64,000 nt of DNA from Candidatus Xenobia bacterium (GCA_045863235.1 BTUM01000007.1:1-64000); one strand, 5' to 3'; positions 39,206-49,332 are shown, numbered from the stretch's first letter. Numbers and translations are program-made. The notes: generated by a model from the sequence alone, not told the origin.

Positions 39206-40426
39206 ATGCACCTGGGCATGCTGACTCTGTTTAGCCTGTCTCCTCTGGCCGACGAGTTGGAGCGTTTCGACGAATTCGGGGGCCCGACCCGGGTCGAGCA
39301 GGCGAGCGGGGTCACGGTCTTTACCAACGAGTTCTGGACCTCGCGCCAGCGGGCCGCCTCGAGCCTCCACGAGATTTCTTACCGGGCCTGTTTCAAACCC
39401 CAGCTGCCGCGTTTTTTCATCCAGCGCCTGACGCGCCCGGGCGATACCGTCTACGACCCCTTCATGGGCCGCGGCACCACGGTGCTGGAGGCGGCCCTGA
39501 TGGGTCGCGCGCCGGTGGGTTGTGATGTCAATCCACTCAGCGCTCTGCTGGTCCGGCCCCGGCTCGGGCCGCCCACTGTAGAGCAGGTCGCCGAGCGATT
39601 GAGGGCCATCGAGCTCAAGGAGTGTGCAGCTCCTGAAGAGCTGCTGGTCTTCTACCACCCCCAGACCCTGGCCGAGATTGCCTCGCTGCGCGGGTATTTT
39701 CTCGAGCGCGAGGCGGCCGGCGCGCTGGACGCGGTGGATGAATGGATCCGCATGGTGGCGGTCAATCGCCTGACCGGTCACTCGCCGGGATTTTTCTCGG
39801 TCTATACCATGCCGCCCAATCAGGCCGTCTCGGTGCAGGCCCAGCGCCGCATCAACGAACGGCGCAACCAGTCGCCCCCTCGTCGGGTGGTCCGGGAGAT
39901 CATCTTGAAGAAGACGCAATCCCTGCTGGCTGACTGCACGGATGAGGTACGCTCGCAGCTGCGCAGGGCAACTCCCCGGCTCTACACGGGCGAATGCTTC
40001 CGGGTGAAGGCCATGGCATCCGCCTCGGTGGACCTGGTGGTCACCTCGCCACCCTTCCTGGACGTGGTCGACTACCAGGGTGACAACTGGCTGCGTTGCT
40101 GGTTCTGCGGCATCGAGCCGAGCCAGGTCAAGGTGACGATACTGCGCCGGCTCGACGAGTGGGAGGCGGCCATGACAAAGGTCTTCCGCGAGCTGTTCCG
40201 GGTCGTGCGCCCGGGCGGCCACGTGGCCTTCGAGGTGGGGGAGGTGCGGGGCGGAAGGCTGGCCCTGGAGAGCAGTGTCGTCTCCTGTGGACTTTCGGCC
40301 GGGCTGGACCCTGAGCTGATCATGATCAACGCTCAGGAGTTCACCAAGACAGCCAACTGCTGGGGGGTGGCCAACGGCAGCAAGGGCACCAATACCAATC
40401 GGATCGTCTTGTTTCGGCGCTCGTGA
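39206..40426 (+). CDS. orphan amino-DNA methyltransferase (N4-C/N6-A type)
   Basis: YDPFMGRGTT (SAM binding) and VTSPPF (catalytic); no cognate endonuclease adjacent; start may be 39218. Confidence 0.85.
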   Translation: MHLGMLTLFSLSPLADELERFDEFGGPTRVEQASGVTVFTNEFWTSRQRAASSLHEISYRACFKPQLPRFFIQRLTRPGDTVYDPFMGRGTTVLEAALMGRAPVGCDVNPLSALLVRPRLGPPTVEQVAERLRAIELKECAAPEELLVFYHPQTLAEIASLRGYFLEREAAGALDAVDEWIRMVAVNRLTGHSPGFFSVYTMPPNQAVSVQAQRRINERRNQSPPRRVVREIILKKTQSLLADCTDEVRSQLRRATPRLYTGECFRVKAMASASVDLVVTSPPFLDVVDYQGDNWLRCWFCGIEPSQVKVTILRRLDEWEAAMTKVFRELFRVVRPGGHVAFEVGEVRGGRLALESSVVSCGLSAGLDPELIMINAQEFTKTANCWGVANGSKGTNTNRIVLFRRS

Positions 40427-40533
40427 AGGCGGTCGGGATCCGCACCGAGGTTCTCAAGATCAAGCTCTAACCTGAAAATGGCCCAACGGCACTTCGCTGC
40501 CGCTGATCAGACCTCGGTCTGGGAAGACTCGCT

Positions 40534-40950
40534 TCAGGTCCAGGGGTCTATCAGTCTGATCCCACATCCGTGAAAGTCTCGGACGTTGCGGGTCGCGAGC
40601 GAGGCTCCCGCTGAGCGTGTTACGGCGGCGATTTGCGCGTCGAATTGCGAGATCGGCTGACCAGCGCGGCTCCGTTCGGCCGCGATCAAAGCATACAGGG
40701 GAGCTGCCTCGGTGCCGAACGAGAGAATCCGGCCGGCGAAGTCTTCGCGAAACATCGCGCCCGCAGCCTCGGTGAGCGCGGTGCGGCGGCGACCGGATGG
40801 AAGCAAGGCCAGGCCGTGCAGGATCTCGGCCTGGGTGATGCTGGTCAGAAAGAGGCTCGAGGGAGGCTGCTCGGCCATCCAACGCAGCACTGCTTGCTCG
40901 GGACGCTCGCGCATCAACTCGGAGAGGACGTTCGTATCCAGGACGATCAT
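40534..40950 (-). CDS. vapC: VapC/FitB PIN-domain toxin
   Basis: MIVLDTNVLSE, ITQAEI, FDAQIAA, LATRNVRDF, IDPW. Confidence 0.92.
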   Translation of the reverse strand: MIVLDTNVLSELMRERPEQAVLRWMAEQPPSSLFLTSITQAEILHGLALLPSGRRRTALTEAAGAMFREDFAGRILSFGTEAAPLYALIAAERSRAGQPISQFDAQIAAVTRSAGASLATRNVRDFHGCGIRLIDPWT

Positions 40951-41186
40951 TGCCCGGGGGGGGTTCGAATCGGCTCGCGGGGGGGCAGCTCCAAATCCAC
41001 CCCACCCAGCTCCTCGAACCTTTTCCGAATCGCATCGGCCAGATCGGGAACGGGCGACTCCTGCGCCAGCACGGCACACAGGATGTTACGGGCTTCCTCC
41101 TCCATGGAGCAATTCCGCTGGGCGGCCCTTATCTTGAGCCGGCGCTTGGTTTGTTCATCCAGGTTTCTAATGGTGATGCTGGCCAC
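40947..41186 (-). CDS. FitA-like ribbon-helix-helix antitoxin
   Basis: ASITIRNLDEQTKRRLKIRAA..SMEEEARNIL; ATGA overlap with the toxin; GGAGAG RBS. Confidence 0.9.
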   Translation of the reverse strand: MASITIRNLDEQTKRRLKIRAAQRNCSMEEEARNILCAVLAQESPVPDLADAIRKRFEELGGVDLELPPREPIRTPPGQ

Positions 41187-41308
41187 CGTACTCTCCTGTG
41201 CAATCAATGATTTCATTTTATGCATTGCTGGTGGCCGGGTCAAGCTCATCGAATCTCATTGTCCGGAGCTCGCGGCCGCGCCACGCCGGGCCGGCCTTCC
41301 AGGCGAAC

Positions 41309-44281
41309 TCAAACAAACCTTGCCGTGCTGCCCCTCGGCCCGGGCGTGACCTCGATGCGGGTGGGCACGCGCTCGCGCATCTCGGGGAGCTGAGACACGA
41401 TGGCCACGAGCCGGCCCTCGGCGCTTAGCTCCTGGAGGGCCTGCAGGGCCAGATCCAGCGCCTCGGAGTCGAGGAAACCGAAACCCTCATCCACCCACAG
41501 GCTCTCCAACCCGCTGCGCTGCTCGCGGGCGTGCACCGCATCCGACAGGCCCAGCGCCAGGGCCAGCGAGGCCAGGAAGCTTTCGCCCCCGGAGAGCGTG
41601 GCCACCGAGCGGGTGCGCCCGGTAAAGTGATCCAGGGCGACCAGGTCGAGAGGGCTCTCCCCTCGCAAGAGCTGAAACCTGCCTTTGCTGAGCTTGCGAA
41701 GGCGAGGCTCGGTGGCCTCCAGCACCTGCTCGAGCAGGCGACCGAGCACGAAGCGGTGATACGAGGTCTTCAAGTTGTTCTCGCCGGCGGCCACCCGGGC
41801 CAGGCGGTCGAGCGCCTGGCAGCGGGACTCGAGCTCTCCCAGTTTGTCCTTCCAGTCGGCAAGCTCTTGCTCGAGCTTCTCCAACTGGTCGATCCGATCG
41901 AGCAGGCGCGCCTCCTCGCTGATGGCTGACTCCAGGCGCTTACGGCTGGTCAGGCGCTGCTCCACGTAGCCGGTCGGGTCTTCGAGCTGCATCTCGGCCG
42001 CCGTGGCCCGGGCCCGCTCCAGCCGATCGCGAGCGGCCGCCAGCTCCTCGTCGTAGCGGCGCAGGGCGCCGCTTTCTCTTTCCAGCCAGCCCGCCTCCGG
42101 CTCCTCGAAGGGGGCCACCCGGTCCAGGCCGAGCTTCTCCAACCGCCCCTTCAGCTCGCTCTGGGCCTCCTGCTGGCGGGTCAGGCAGCGCTGCAGGGCC
42201 TGCTCGGCGGCCTGCATTGCGGCCCGGGCGGCCGCGACCGCCTCAGCGGAAGCTCGGGCCGCCTTCTGGGCTCCTTCCAGCCCGCGTCGTCCCTCTTCGA
42301 GCTGGCCATGGACGAGCTCCCAGGTGTGCTCCAACTCCTCCACCGAGACGCCCAGCTCTTCCAGCTTGCGGCGCCGCTCCTCGAGCACGGCTCGAGCCTG
42401 CACCACGCGTTGCTCGGCCTGACGGCGCTGTTCCTCGACCTGCTGTTGGCGGGGCTCGAGCAGGGCACCCTTGCTGCGCAGCCGCTCCAGGTCGCCCCGC
42501 AGCTTCAGGGCTTCGGCCTGGGTCTCCTTGACCGAGTCGAGCTGGCGCTGCAGGCGGACATACTCTTCTTCCAGGCGACCCAGGTCGTATGTGCCCAGCT
42601 CGATGGTGACCTGGTCGAAGCGCGCCTGCAGCCGCTCCACCACCAGCTTCTTGTCAGAATACTCCAGGCGGGCCTGGCTCAGGAGCCGCTCGGCCTGCTC
42701 GAGCTGGTTGCTCAGTTGAGTGATGCGCTCTGCCTCGGGATGCTCGCCCTCGAACTCGGCCGGTCGAGGATGCTTCGTCGAGCCACATACCGGACACGGC
42801 TTCCCGCTCTCGAGCTGGGCTGCCAGGGAAGCCACCTGACTCTCGCCCCTTTTCTGGCGTTGCTGGGCCAGCTCGACTTTGAGCCGTTCGACCCGCTCCT
42901 CCAGATTATGCAGCCGCTCGTCTCGAATCGCCTTGCGAGCCCGGGCCAGCTGGCGCTCGAGCTCGTCAGCCTGGCGGGCCTGCTGGTAGAGCCGATAGGC
43001 CTCCCGCGTACGCAGCGAGAGCAGCTCTCGCTCTTTGCCCGAAGGGTCGATCTCGCCCAGGCGCTTCTCCTTCTGGGCCAGCGCCAGGGTCAGCTTCTGG
43101 CCGGTGCGCCGACCGGCCTCCAGAGCCTCCACCAGGCTGTCGAGAATGCTCTGGGCGGCGCTCAGCTCGCGGTCGGCCACCCGCAATTCCTCCAGCCGCT
43201 CGTGCCCCGATTCGAGCTCGAGCAAACGCCGCTCGGCCTGCTGGCGCTGGGAGGAAAGCCGGCGGGCCGCTTCCACCTCGGCTTCGGCCTGCTGCTTGTC
43301 TTCCTCCGCCCGGGACAGGGCTTGCTGAGCCTGCTCCAGGGTGCGCTGAGCGGCTTCCGAGTCGGCCAGTCGTCGGGTCACATTGGCTCGCAGGCCGGTC
43401 AGGTCGGCCAGGGCCCTGAGCTGCTCGAGCTTTGCTCGTCGCTCGGTCATTTCGCCCTCGCGCTCGGTCAGCTTGCGATAGACTGCGTGGGCGCGATCGA
43501 GCTCCAGATAACGCTCCTGGCTGCCTTCGGCCTGGCGGGCCTGATTCTCGGCTTGCTGCTCCCCCTGACGCAGGCTCGCTTGCAGCGACTCCAGCTCCTG
43601 TACCCGGGCCCGAATCTCGGCCAGCTTGTCCTCCAGTGCCTCGGGCGAATCCAGTCCCTGGCTCTCCAGAGCCCTCTGGCGCGTTTCGCGCAGCTCATCC
43701 AGCTCGCGCGCCCCTTCCAGGGCCCGCTCCTTCAGGTGCTCCTGAAAATGCTGGAAGGGCAGGGTGTGGAACAAATTGGCCAGCACCCCTTCGCGCTCGG
43801 CCGGCTCGGCCTCAAGAAAGCGGCGAAACTGGCCCTGGGGCAGCATGGCCGCCTGGCAGAACTGCTCGGCTCCAAGTCCCATCAGCGATACGACCGCTTC
43901 GTCCACGGCCGTCCAGCCCTCGGCCAGCACCCGAGTCTGCTCGCCCTCGGTGGGCTTGGAGAGGATGGCTTCGTCTGGCTGGCCCTCCAACCGGGGCCGG
44001 CGCATGACCCGGTAGAACTCGCCCTGCAACCGGAAATCGAGGGTCACTTCGGTGGGCTGGGAATCGTCGGCAAAGTGGCTTCGCATCTGAAACCCCTGTC
44101 GCTCGCCGCCCGAGGTGACCCCGTAGAGGGCGTAGCAGACACCGTCGAGCAGAGCCGTCTTGCCCGCTCCGACGGGTCCGCAGATGAGCACGAAGTTCTG
44201 GTTCTTGAGGGTGCGAAAGTCGATCAGCTGCTCGCCAGCGTAGGGTCCGAAGGCTCTCAGGCGTAACCGGTCCGGTCTCAT
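41309..44281 (-). CDS. sbcC: SbcC (Rad50) ATPase
   Basis: AFGPYA, GPVGAGKT, LPQGQFRRFL, CPVC zinc hook, LSGGESF, VDEGFG. Confidence 0.9.
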   Translation of the reverse strand: MRPDRLRLRAFGPYAGEQLIDFRTLKNQNFVLICGPVGAGKTALLDGVCYALYGVTSGGERQGFQMRSHFADDSQPTEVTLDFRLQGEFYRVMRRPRLEGQPDEAILSKPTEGEQTRVLAEGWTAVDEAVVSLMGLGAEQFCQAAMLPQGQFRRFLEAEPAEREGVLANLFHTLPFQHFQEHLKERALEGARELDELRETRQRALESQGLDSPEALEDKLAEIRARVQELESLQASLRQGEQQAENQARQAEGSQERYLELDRAHAVYRKLTEREGEMTERRAKLEQLRALADLTGLRANVTRRLADSEAAQRTLEQAQQALSRAEEDKQQAEAEVEAARRLSSQRQQAERRLLELESGHERLEELRVADRELSAAQSILDSLVEALEAGRRTGQKLTLALAQKEKRLGEIDPSGKERELLSLRTREAYRLYQQARQADELERQLARARKAIRDERLHNLEERVERLKVELAQQRQKRGESQVASLAAQLESGKPCPVCGSTKHPRPAEFEGEHPEAERITQLSNQLEQAERLLSQARLEYSDKKLVVERLQARFDQVTIELGTYDLGRLEEEYVRLQRQLDSVKETQAEALKLRGDLERLRSKGALLEPRQQQVEEQRRQAEQRVVQARAVLEERRRKLEELGVSVEELEHTWELVHGQLEEGRRGLEGAQKAARASAEAVAAARAAMQAAEQALQRCLTRQQEAQSELKGRLEKLGLDRVAPFEEPEAGWLERESGALRRYDEELAAARDRLERARATAAEMQLEDPTGYVEQRLTSRKRLESAISEEARLLDRIDQLEKLEQELADWKDKLGELESRCQALDRLARVAAGENNLKTSYHRFVLGRLLEQVLEATEPRLRKLSKGRFQLLRGESPLDLVALDHFTGRTRSVATLSGGESFLASLALALGLSDAVHAREQRSGLESLWVDEGFGFLDSEALDLALQALQELSAEGRLVAIVSQLPEMRERVPTRIEVTPGPRGSTARFV

Positions 44282-45414
44282 GGGGCGCCCGGCTCGGCCG
44301 ACCTGTCTGCCGCTCCTGTCGCCGCTGAAAGCTCGCCGAGCAGAACCAGGTCGGTGAGCGAGGGCGCCTGGCCCGTGACCTCGCGATGGAACTCGGAGAA
44401 GAAAGCAGGGTCCTCGGGGCGTTGCAGCTCCAGTGGCAGGCTGGCCTTCATGCGCGGATGCTCCACGCTCAGAAGGTTGGGGAAGATGGCCCGCAGCCGG
44501 CCCCAGGCATCGGCCACGGGTACGTCGTCGGTGAGGCGGATCTGCAGATAATCGCCCTGGGGGATGTCGAACGAGGTGGCGATCAGGTCTTCGAGCTTGC
44601 CTTCCAGCCGGCGCAGCAGACGCCGGGGGTTGATGGGTGCCGCCTCGACCCTCAGGCGGCCGCGGTTGTCAAGGGTGATCTTGTTGACCGAGCGGGTCTG
44701 ACCGGCCTCATCGAACGAATAGGGGAGCAGCGAGCCGGCATAGACCACTTTCTTGCTGCCCACCGATTGGGGCTTGTGGAAATAGCCCAGGGCGGCCAGA
44801 TCGAAGCCCTCGAAGAGGGCCGGCTGCACCCAGGAGTGGGGCGGGATGGGGGGCTCGGAAGGGCTGGGCTGCCCGCCCACGCAGGGAGTGTGGGCTACCA
44901 CCACCGAGCGCACGCCCTCGGGGTGGGCCGCCCGGACCTTTTGAACCAGGGCGCGGGTGGCCTCGCTGGGGTGGATCAGGTCGGGGCGGTTGAGGAAGTT
45001 GCGCAGGGTGGGCAGATCGGCGCAGGGCACCGGGTAGATGCGCACCGGGCCGTGCTCGTCGATCAGCTCGACGGCCACCGACCCTGTCAGGGTGGTGCGG
45101 GCGTGGACCCCCTGGTTCTCCAGCAATCGGGCCGCGAAGCTGAGCCGGTCGGGACTGTCCTGGAAGCCGTCGATGAAGATCACCTTGACCTTGACCTCGC
45201 GGACCAGCATCGAAAGAACGTTGTCGAGCAGGGCGACGGCCTCGGGCGGCGGCACCACGCGGTCGTAGATGTCGCCTGAGATCAGGATGGCCGAAGGACG
45301 GAAGTCGGAAGCGATGTGGACCAGTTGCTCCAGAGCGTGGGCCTGATCGTCCACCAGGGAGGCCCCGCACAGGACCTTGCCCAGGTGCCAGTCAGCGGTG
45401 TGAAGAAGCCGCAT
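44278..45414 (-). CDS. sbcD: SbcD nuclease subunit with substituted motifs III and V
   Basis: HTADWHLG and GDIYD intact, but GFQD replaces GNHD and GYFH replaces GHxH; YAGSLLPYSFDE. Confidence 0.85.
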   Translation of the reverse strand: MRLLHTADWHLGKVLCGASLVDDQAHALEQLVHIASDFRPSAILISGDIYDRVVPPPEAVALLDNVLSMLVREVKVKVIFIDGFQDSPDRLSFAARLLENQGVHARTTLTGSVAVELIDEHGPVRIYPVPCADLPTLRNFLNRPDLIHPSEATRALVQKVRAAHPEGVRSVVVAHTPCVGGQPSPSEPPIPPHSWVQPALFEGFDLAALGYFHKPQSVGSKKVVYAGSLLPYSFDEAGQTRSVNKITLDNRGRLRVEAAPINPRRLLRRLEGKLEDLIATSFDIPQGDYLQIRLTDDVPVADAWGRLRAIFPNLLSVEHPRMKASLPLELQRPEDPAFFSEFHREVTGQAPSLTDLVLLGELSAATGAADRSAEPGAP

Positions 45415-45453
45415 GAAGAATTGAACTTCTTTAGAGGACCCCGGCCTTCCTGG

Positions 45454-47880
45454 CTATTCCCAGGACAAATTGGGCAGCTCGAGATAATCGCCCTTGCTGA
45501 GCGGCTCGAGCGACTTCCACGAATCGGTCTTGCGCAGCTCTTCCTGGAACTTGTTGGGCCCCAGGACCTCCTCGATGGAGGTCAGGGTGGCGTAACCCTC
45601 GGGCACGCCCTGGTCGACGCGGCGGTCGATAGCCTCGCGCACTTCCTGGCTCGAGTCCACCAGACGGCGCACCACCGCGGCGGCTTCCTTCTCGTAGTTG
45701 TAAATGCGCCGGATGGTCTCGCGCACGATGCTCGAGCGCGCCTCGGTGATGCGGTGGGGCTTGTCGGGTGAGTCGATCTCGCGCAGGCGCTCTTCGGCCA
45801 CTTTGAGCGTGTTGACCTCCACCGACTCGAAATCCCAGGTCTTGAGAAAGTCGTTGACCAGCGCCCGCTTCTGCTTCTGAGACTCGGCGTCCTGAGGATC
45901 GAAGCCGATCGAGCCCGAGAGCTCCCAGTTGTCCATCAGCCCGCGGCTGGACATGTTCGTGCTGCCCAGCACGGCCATCTTCTCGGTGATCAGGGCTTTG
46001 GCGTGCACCTTGCGGTCGTGGGTGGGGTCGGTGCGGGCGAGTAGAGCCCAGCGCACCGGGATGCCGGCGTCCTCCAGGGCCAGGTAGCCTGCTTCGTTGG
46101 GCGTTCCGCCGTCGGGATAGATGCCCGGGTCGAGCACGGCGCGAACGTCCAGGGTCTTGCCCTGGGCCTTCAGCTCTTCGTAGCGGGCCACGATGGCCCG
46201 GGCCACCACCCGCGTCATCACGAAGCTGGGGACGTAGATGAACTCCTCGGCGGTGGCGATGGTGTTCAGCATCACCGCCATGCGCTCGGTTGGCACGTTG
46301 CCGATGGCCAGGGACGACTTGCCCACCGCTTGCCCCTCGGGCAGAGTGATGTCGCTGGCTCGCTCGACGTTCTCCTCGGCCTGTACGCGCTCCACGATCT
46401 CCTTGAGTTGACGGGCCAGGAGGCGCCCTCCTTCGCGCTTGAGAGCCAGCGTGTTCGAAGGGGTATCCCCTTTCTGCAGGAAGGCCTGCAAATCCAGGCC
46501 GTCTTTGGTTTTGTCCCCGTTCTTGTCCTCGAAGTCGACGATCAGGTCGAGCCGGGTGCCGGCGGCCTCAGCCAGGGTGTGCAGCGTGTCGGCGTTCCAC
46601 GGGAGGAGCGGCTTGTCTACTCCTCGGTAATCGGTGCCGGCTGCGGCCAGCAGGAGCGAGATCAGGCCCGACGGCCCGATGTACATGTTGCCGGCCGAGA
46701 TCAGAGCCGTCTTCTCTGGATCGTAGATCTCCTCGATTTTGGCTCCTTTGGAAAGCTCGGTATCTTCAGAGAAGATCTCCACCAGCCGCCGCGCTCCCGG
46801 GCCCTGCAGCTTGACGGCCGCGTCCACGTTCTCCGAGGAGGCCGAGTTGGCGTTCATGCCCCCCAGGATGACTTCTTCCCCGACCCGGAAGAGCTTCTGG
46901 TGCATCAGGTTGGCGTCGTCGATCTCGCGCTCGACCGGGAACAACGTCATACCGATGTCGTGGCCCTGGTCGGCGGCGTCCAGGATGCAGTAGGAGGTGT
47001 AGAGCTTCTTGGCCAGCTCGTTGACGAACATGTTGCCCGAGCGGTCCTCGGTGACCCGGCCCGGGTCGAGGTTGACGCGTACTTTGCAGCCCGCTTTGGA
47101 GGCCTCCACCAGCTTGCTGAGCATGGTCCGGCTGGTCAGCTCATAGTACTGCACGTCGACTTCCGCCGCCACTCCGCCGTTCCTGGCGGTGGTGATGGCC
47201 TGGTCGAGCATCTTCATTTTGGCCGACCAGATCTGATCGCGGGTCAGCACCTGGGCCGAGTTGCCGTTGTAGACGATGGATTCGTCCCCCCGGCGGATGC
47301 GCTCCATCTCGCTCAGGGTTTCCTTCATGCTCTTCTGGGAGATGGCCGCGAAGGTGTAGAAGCCCGCGGTGGTGGGCGAGAAGGCGGGTGAGCCCTCGGA
47401 GATGCGGTCCAGCTCCTGGGTGCGGGCCTGGACCCGGTAGCGCTCGCGGGCGCCTTCCCACTGCTGCAGGAACTGGTGCACCTTGACCAGGTTTTGATTG
47501 GCCTTCTTGTCGGTGTAGTCGCTCTCGCGATAGGTGGTGTGCAGCTCGCGGTGCCAGCTCTGCACTGCCCGCACGAACTTGTCGAACTCTTTGAGCTCCA
47601 CTTTGTCAGCGGTCTGGGTCTCGCGGATGTCCTTCATCAGGTTTTCCAGACGCTTGGGGGAGAGCGACTCGTCGAGCTTGATCTGCTTGGCGAGATCGGC
47701 CACCACCGCCAGACCTTCTTCGCTGATGATGTCGCGGCCAACCCGCACTCGTCCCGGCTCGAGCTCGGGAAACTCGGGAGAGGAGTCATCCGCCTCGTCG
47801 CAGGCTTCGTCAGGCGGGGGAAGGTAGCGTCCCGGAGCCGTGCGCGCGTAAGCCGCTTGAGGGTGCGTGAAGATCTCCAT
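45454..47880 (-). CDS. phospholipase D superfamily protein with two HxK motifs and a long N-terminal extension
   Basis: HQKLFRVGEEVILGGMN and HAKALITEKMAVLGSTN. Confidence 0.82.
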   Translation of the reverse strand: MEIFTHPQAAYARTAPGRYLPPPDEACDEADDSSPEFPELEPGRVRVGRDIISEEGLAVVADLAKQIKLDESLSPKRLENLMKDIRETQTADKVELKEFDKFVRAVQSWHRELHTTYRESDYTDKKANQNLVKVHQFLQQWEGARERYRVQARTQELDRISEGSPAFSPTTAGFYTFAAISQKSMKETLSEMERIRRGDESIVYNGNSAQVLTRDQIWSAKMKMLDQAITTARNGGVAAEVDVQYYELTSRTMLSKLVEASKAGCKVRVNLDPGRVTEDRSGNMFVNELAKKLYTSYCILDAADQGHDIGMTLFPVEREIDDANLMHQKLFRVGEEVILGGMNANSASSENVDAAVKLQGPGARRLVEIFSEDTELSKGAKIEEIYDPEKTALISAGNMYIGPSGLISLLLAAAGTDYRGVDKPLLPWNADTLHTLAEAAGTRLDLIVDFEDKNGDKTKDGLDLQAFLQKGDTPSNTLALKREGGRLLARQLKEIVERVQAEENVERASDITLPEGQAVGKSSLAIGNVPTERMAVMLNTIATAEEFIYVPSFVMTRVVARAIVARYEELKAQGKTLDVRAVLDPGIYPDGGTPNEAGYLALEDAGIPVRWALLARTDPTHDRKVHAKALITEKMAVLGSTNMSSRGLMDNWELSGSIGFDPQDAESQKQKRALVNDFLKTWDFESVEVNTLKVAEERLREIDSPDKPHRITEARSSIVRETIRRIYNYEKEAAAVVRRLVDSSQEVREAIDRRVDQGVPEGYATLTSIEEVLGPNKFQEELRKTDSWKSLEPLSKGDYLELPNLSWE

Positions 47881-47927
47881 TGAAGACAGGATACCTCAGG
47901 GATACCCCTGAGCGTGGAAACCTTTTG

Positions 47928-48476
47928 TTAAAGCCTGGACGATCCGGGCAGCACGAATCCGGGAGGGGCCTCGTAGTTGAAGCCCTCGGGCAGTTGCACG
48001 CCGGGCATGTCGGTGGGCCCTGGCATCATTCCGGGCATCATCCCCGGCACGATCGGCATGGGGGCGGAGGTATCCAGGACGGGAACACCAGGGGTGGCCA
48101 CCCGGAAGGCGGTGGTGCGCAGGCAGACTTCCTGGCCCGGGACCCGGAAGCGAAACTCGGGGGGCGCCTGTCCCATCATGACCACGGCCTGGGGGGCGGT
48201 CAAGAGCTCGACCGGGCCGGCGCTCTTCACCTGATAGGTCAGGTAGGCCACGCCCAGGCGGTGGGTGGTGACGTTCACGAAGACCTGGGCCTGGGTCAGG
48301 CCCGGCACGGGGACTGGCTGTGTGGCCCCGTTGGCCAGCTCGACCGTGGCAGCGCTGCGATTGCCCACGGAGGTGGAGCAGTCGAGCTCGAGCTGGAAGA
48401 GCACGTCCGAGAGCGCCGCCAGAGCCGGGGAGAGCAGCAGGAAGAACAGCGCCACAACGATCTTTCGCATCGCCAT
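47928..48476 (-). CDS. secreted hypothetical protein
   Basis: MAMRKIVVALFFLLLSPALA signal peptide; PGMM repeats near the C-terminus. Confidence 0.65.
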   Translation of the reverse strand: MAMRKIVVALFFLLLSPALAALSDVLFQLELDCSTSVGNRSAATVELANGATQPVPVPGLTQAQVFVNVTTHRLGVAYLTYQVKSAGPVELLTAPQAVVMMGQAPPEFRFRVPGQEVCLRTTAFRVATPGVPVLDTSAPMPIVPGMMPGMMPGPTDMPGVQLPEGFNYEAPPGFVLPGSSRL

Positions 48477-48517
48477 GAGGGTAGCTCGCCGGGATGGTGG
48501 GTTCTGTTGCCGGGGAG

Positions 48518-49210
48518 TTAACTTCTGGCTGCTTCCACCAGGCGGTCGAACAGGCTCTGCTGCGATCGCATGTCCTCGGGGTGGAACTGGACCCCGAGCT
48601 GAAAGCCTCCCCGGCGTCGCTCGATGGCCTCCGCGGTGCCGTCGGCAGCGCTGGCCACCACCTGAAAGGGAGCGGCCAGGCGGTCGATGGCCTGGTGATG
48701 GATGGAGTTGACCCGGGGGTTGGCTCCGAGTAGTTTGCGCAACTCCGAATCCGGGGCCGTCTCCAGGCGGTGGACCGGTTCCGCGCGTAGGGCCGGGTCG
48801 TCCAGGACGCGCTCGGGGGCGTGCTCGGGGAGGTCCTGGTGCAGGCTGCCCCCCGCAGCCACGTTCATGACCTGTAAGCCGCGGCAAATGCCCAACAGGG
48901 GAAGGTCCTCACGCAGGGCTTTGCGGGCCCAGGCCAGCTGGAAGCGATCCAGCTCGAGGTCGTGCTCGGCTGGTAGCAGGGGACTCTGGCCGTAGAAGCC
49001 GGGATGCAGGTCTCCACCGCCGGGAAGAATCAGTGCCTGGGGACGGGAGAGGGGCCGGGCACCGGGCTCGAGCAGCTCGGCTTCGGCTCCAGCGCGCTGC
49101 AGGGCCTCCTGGATGAGGGGGATGGTGCGATGGGTGGGACCGTTTCCGGCTGTGGCGCGGATGGGCTTGAAATAATTCCGGGGGATCAGGATGGCAACTC
49201 GGATCAGCAT
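48518..49210 (-). CDS. peptidase C26 / gamma-glutamyl-gamma-aminobutyrate hydrolase family (class I glutamine amidotransferase)
   Basis: PGGGDL, GICRG (nucleophile Cys), NSIHHQ, GVQFHPE. Confidence 0.88.
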   Translation of the reverse strand: MLIRVAILIPRNYFKPIRATAGNGPTHRTIPLIQEALQRAGAEAELLEPGARPLSRPQALILPGGGDLHPGFYGQSPLLPAEHDLELDRFQLAWARKALREDLPLLGICRGLQVMNVAAGGSLHQDLPEHAPERVLDDPALRAEPVHRLETAPDSELRKLLGANPRVNSIHHQAIDRLAAPFQVVASAADGTAEAIERRRGGFQLGVQFHPEDMRSQQSLFDRLVEAARS

Positions 49211-49251
49211 ACGTACCTCTGATTGTTGGATTGGGGCGCGAGGACTTTAGC

Positions 49252-49332
49252 TCAGCGACAACAACAACAGAGGCAACAACAACGGTACGAGGAGGCAGCG
49301 AAGAAAGGCGCGTCCTGGATGTACCGCATCAT
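49252..49332 (-). CDS. poly-cysteine leader peptide MMRYIQDAPFFAASSYRCCCLCCCCR (putative attenuator sORF)
   Basis: ATG ATG CGG ... CGT TGT TGT TGC CTC TGT TGT TGT TGT CGC TGA; stop lies 41 nt upstream of the C26 start codon. Confidence 0.8.
   Translation of the reverse strand: MMRYIQDAPFFAASSYRCCCLCCCCR

Noticed and set aside
39206..40426. Displaced pglX
   Set aside because: About 400 aa with an SPPF motif; PglX proteins are far larger NPPY-type enzymes.
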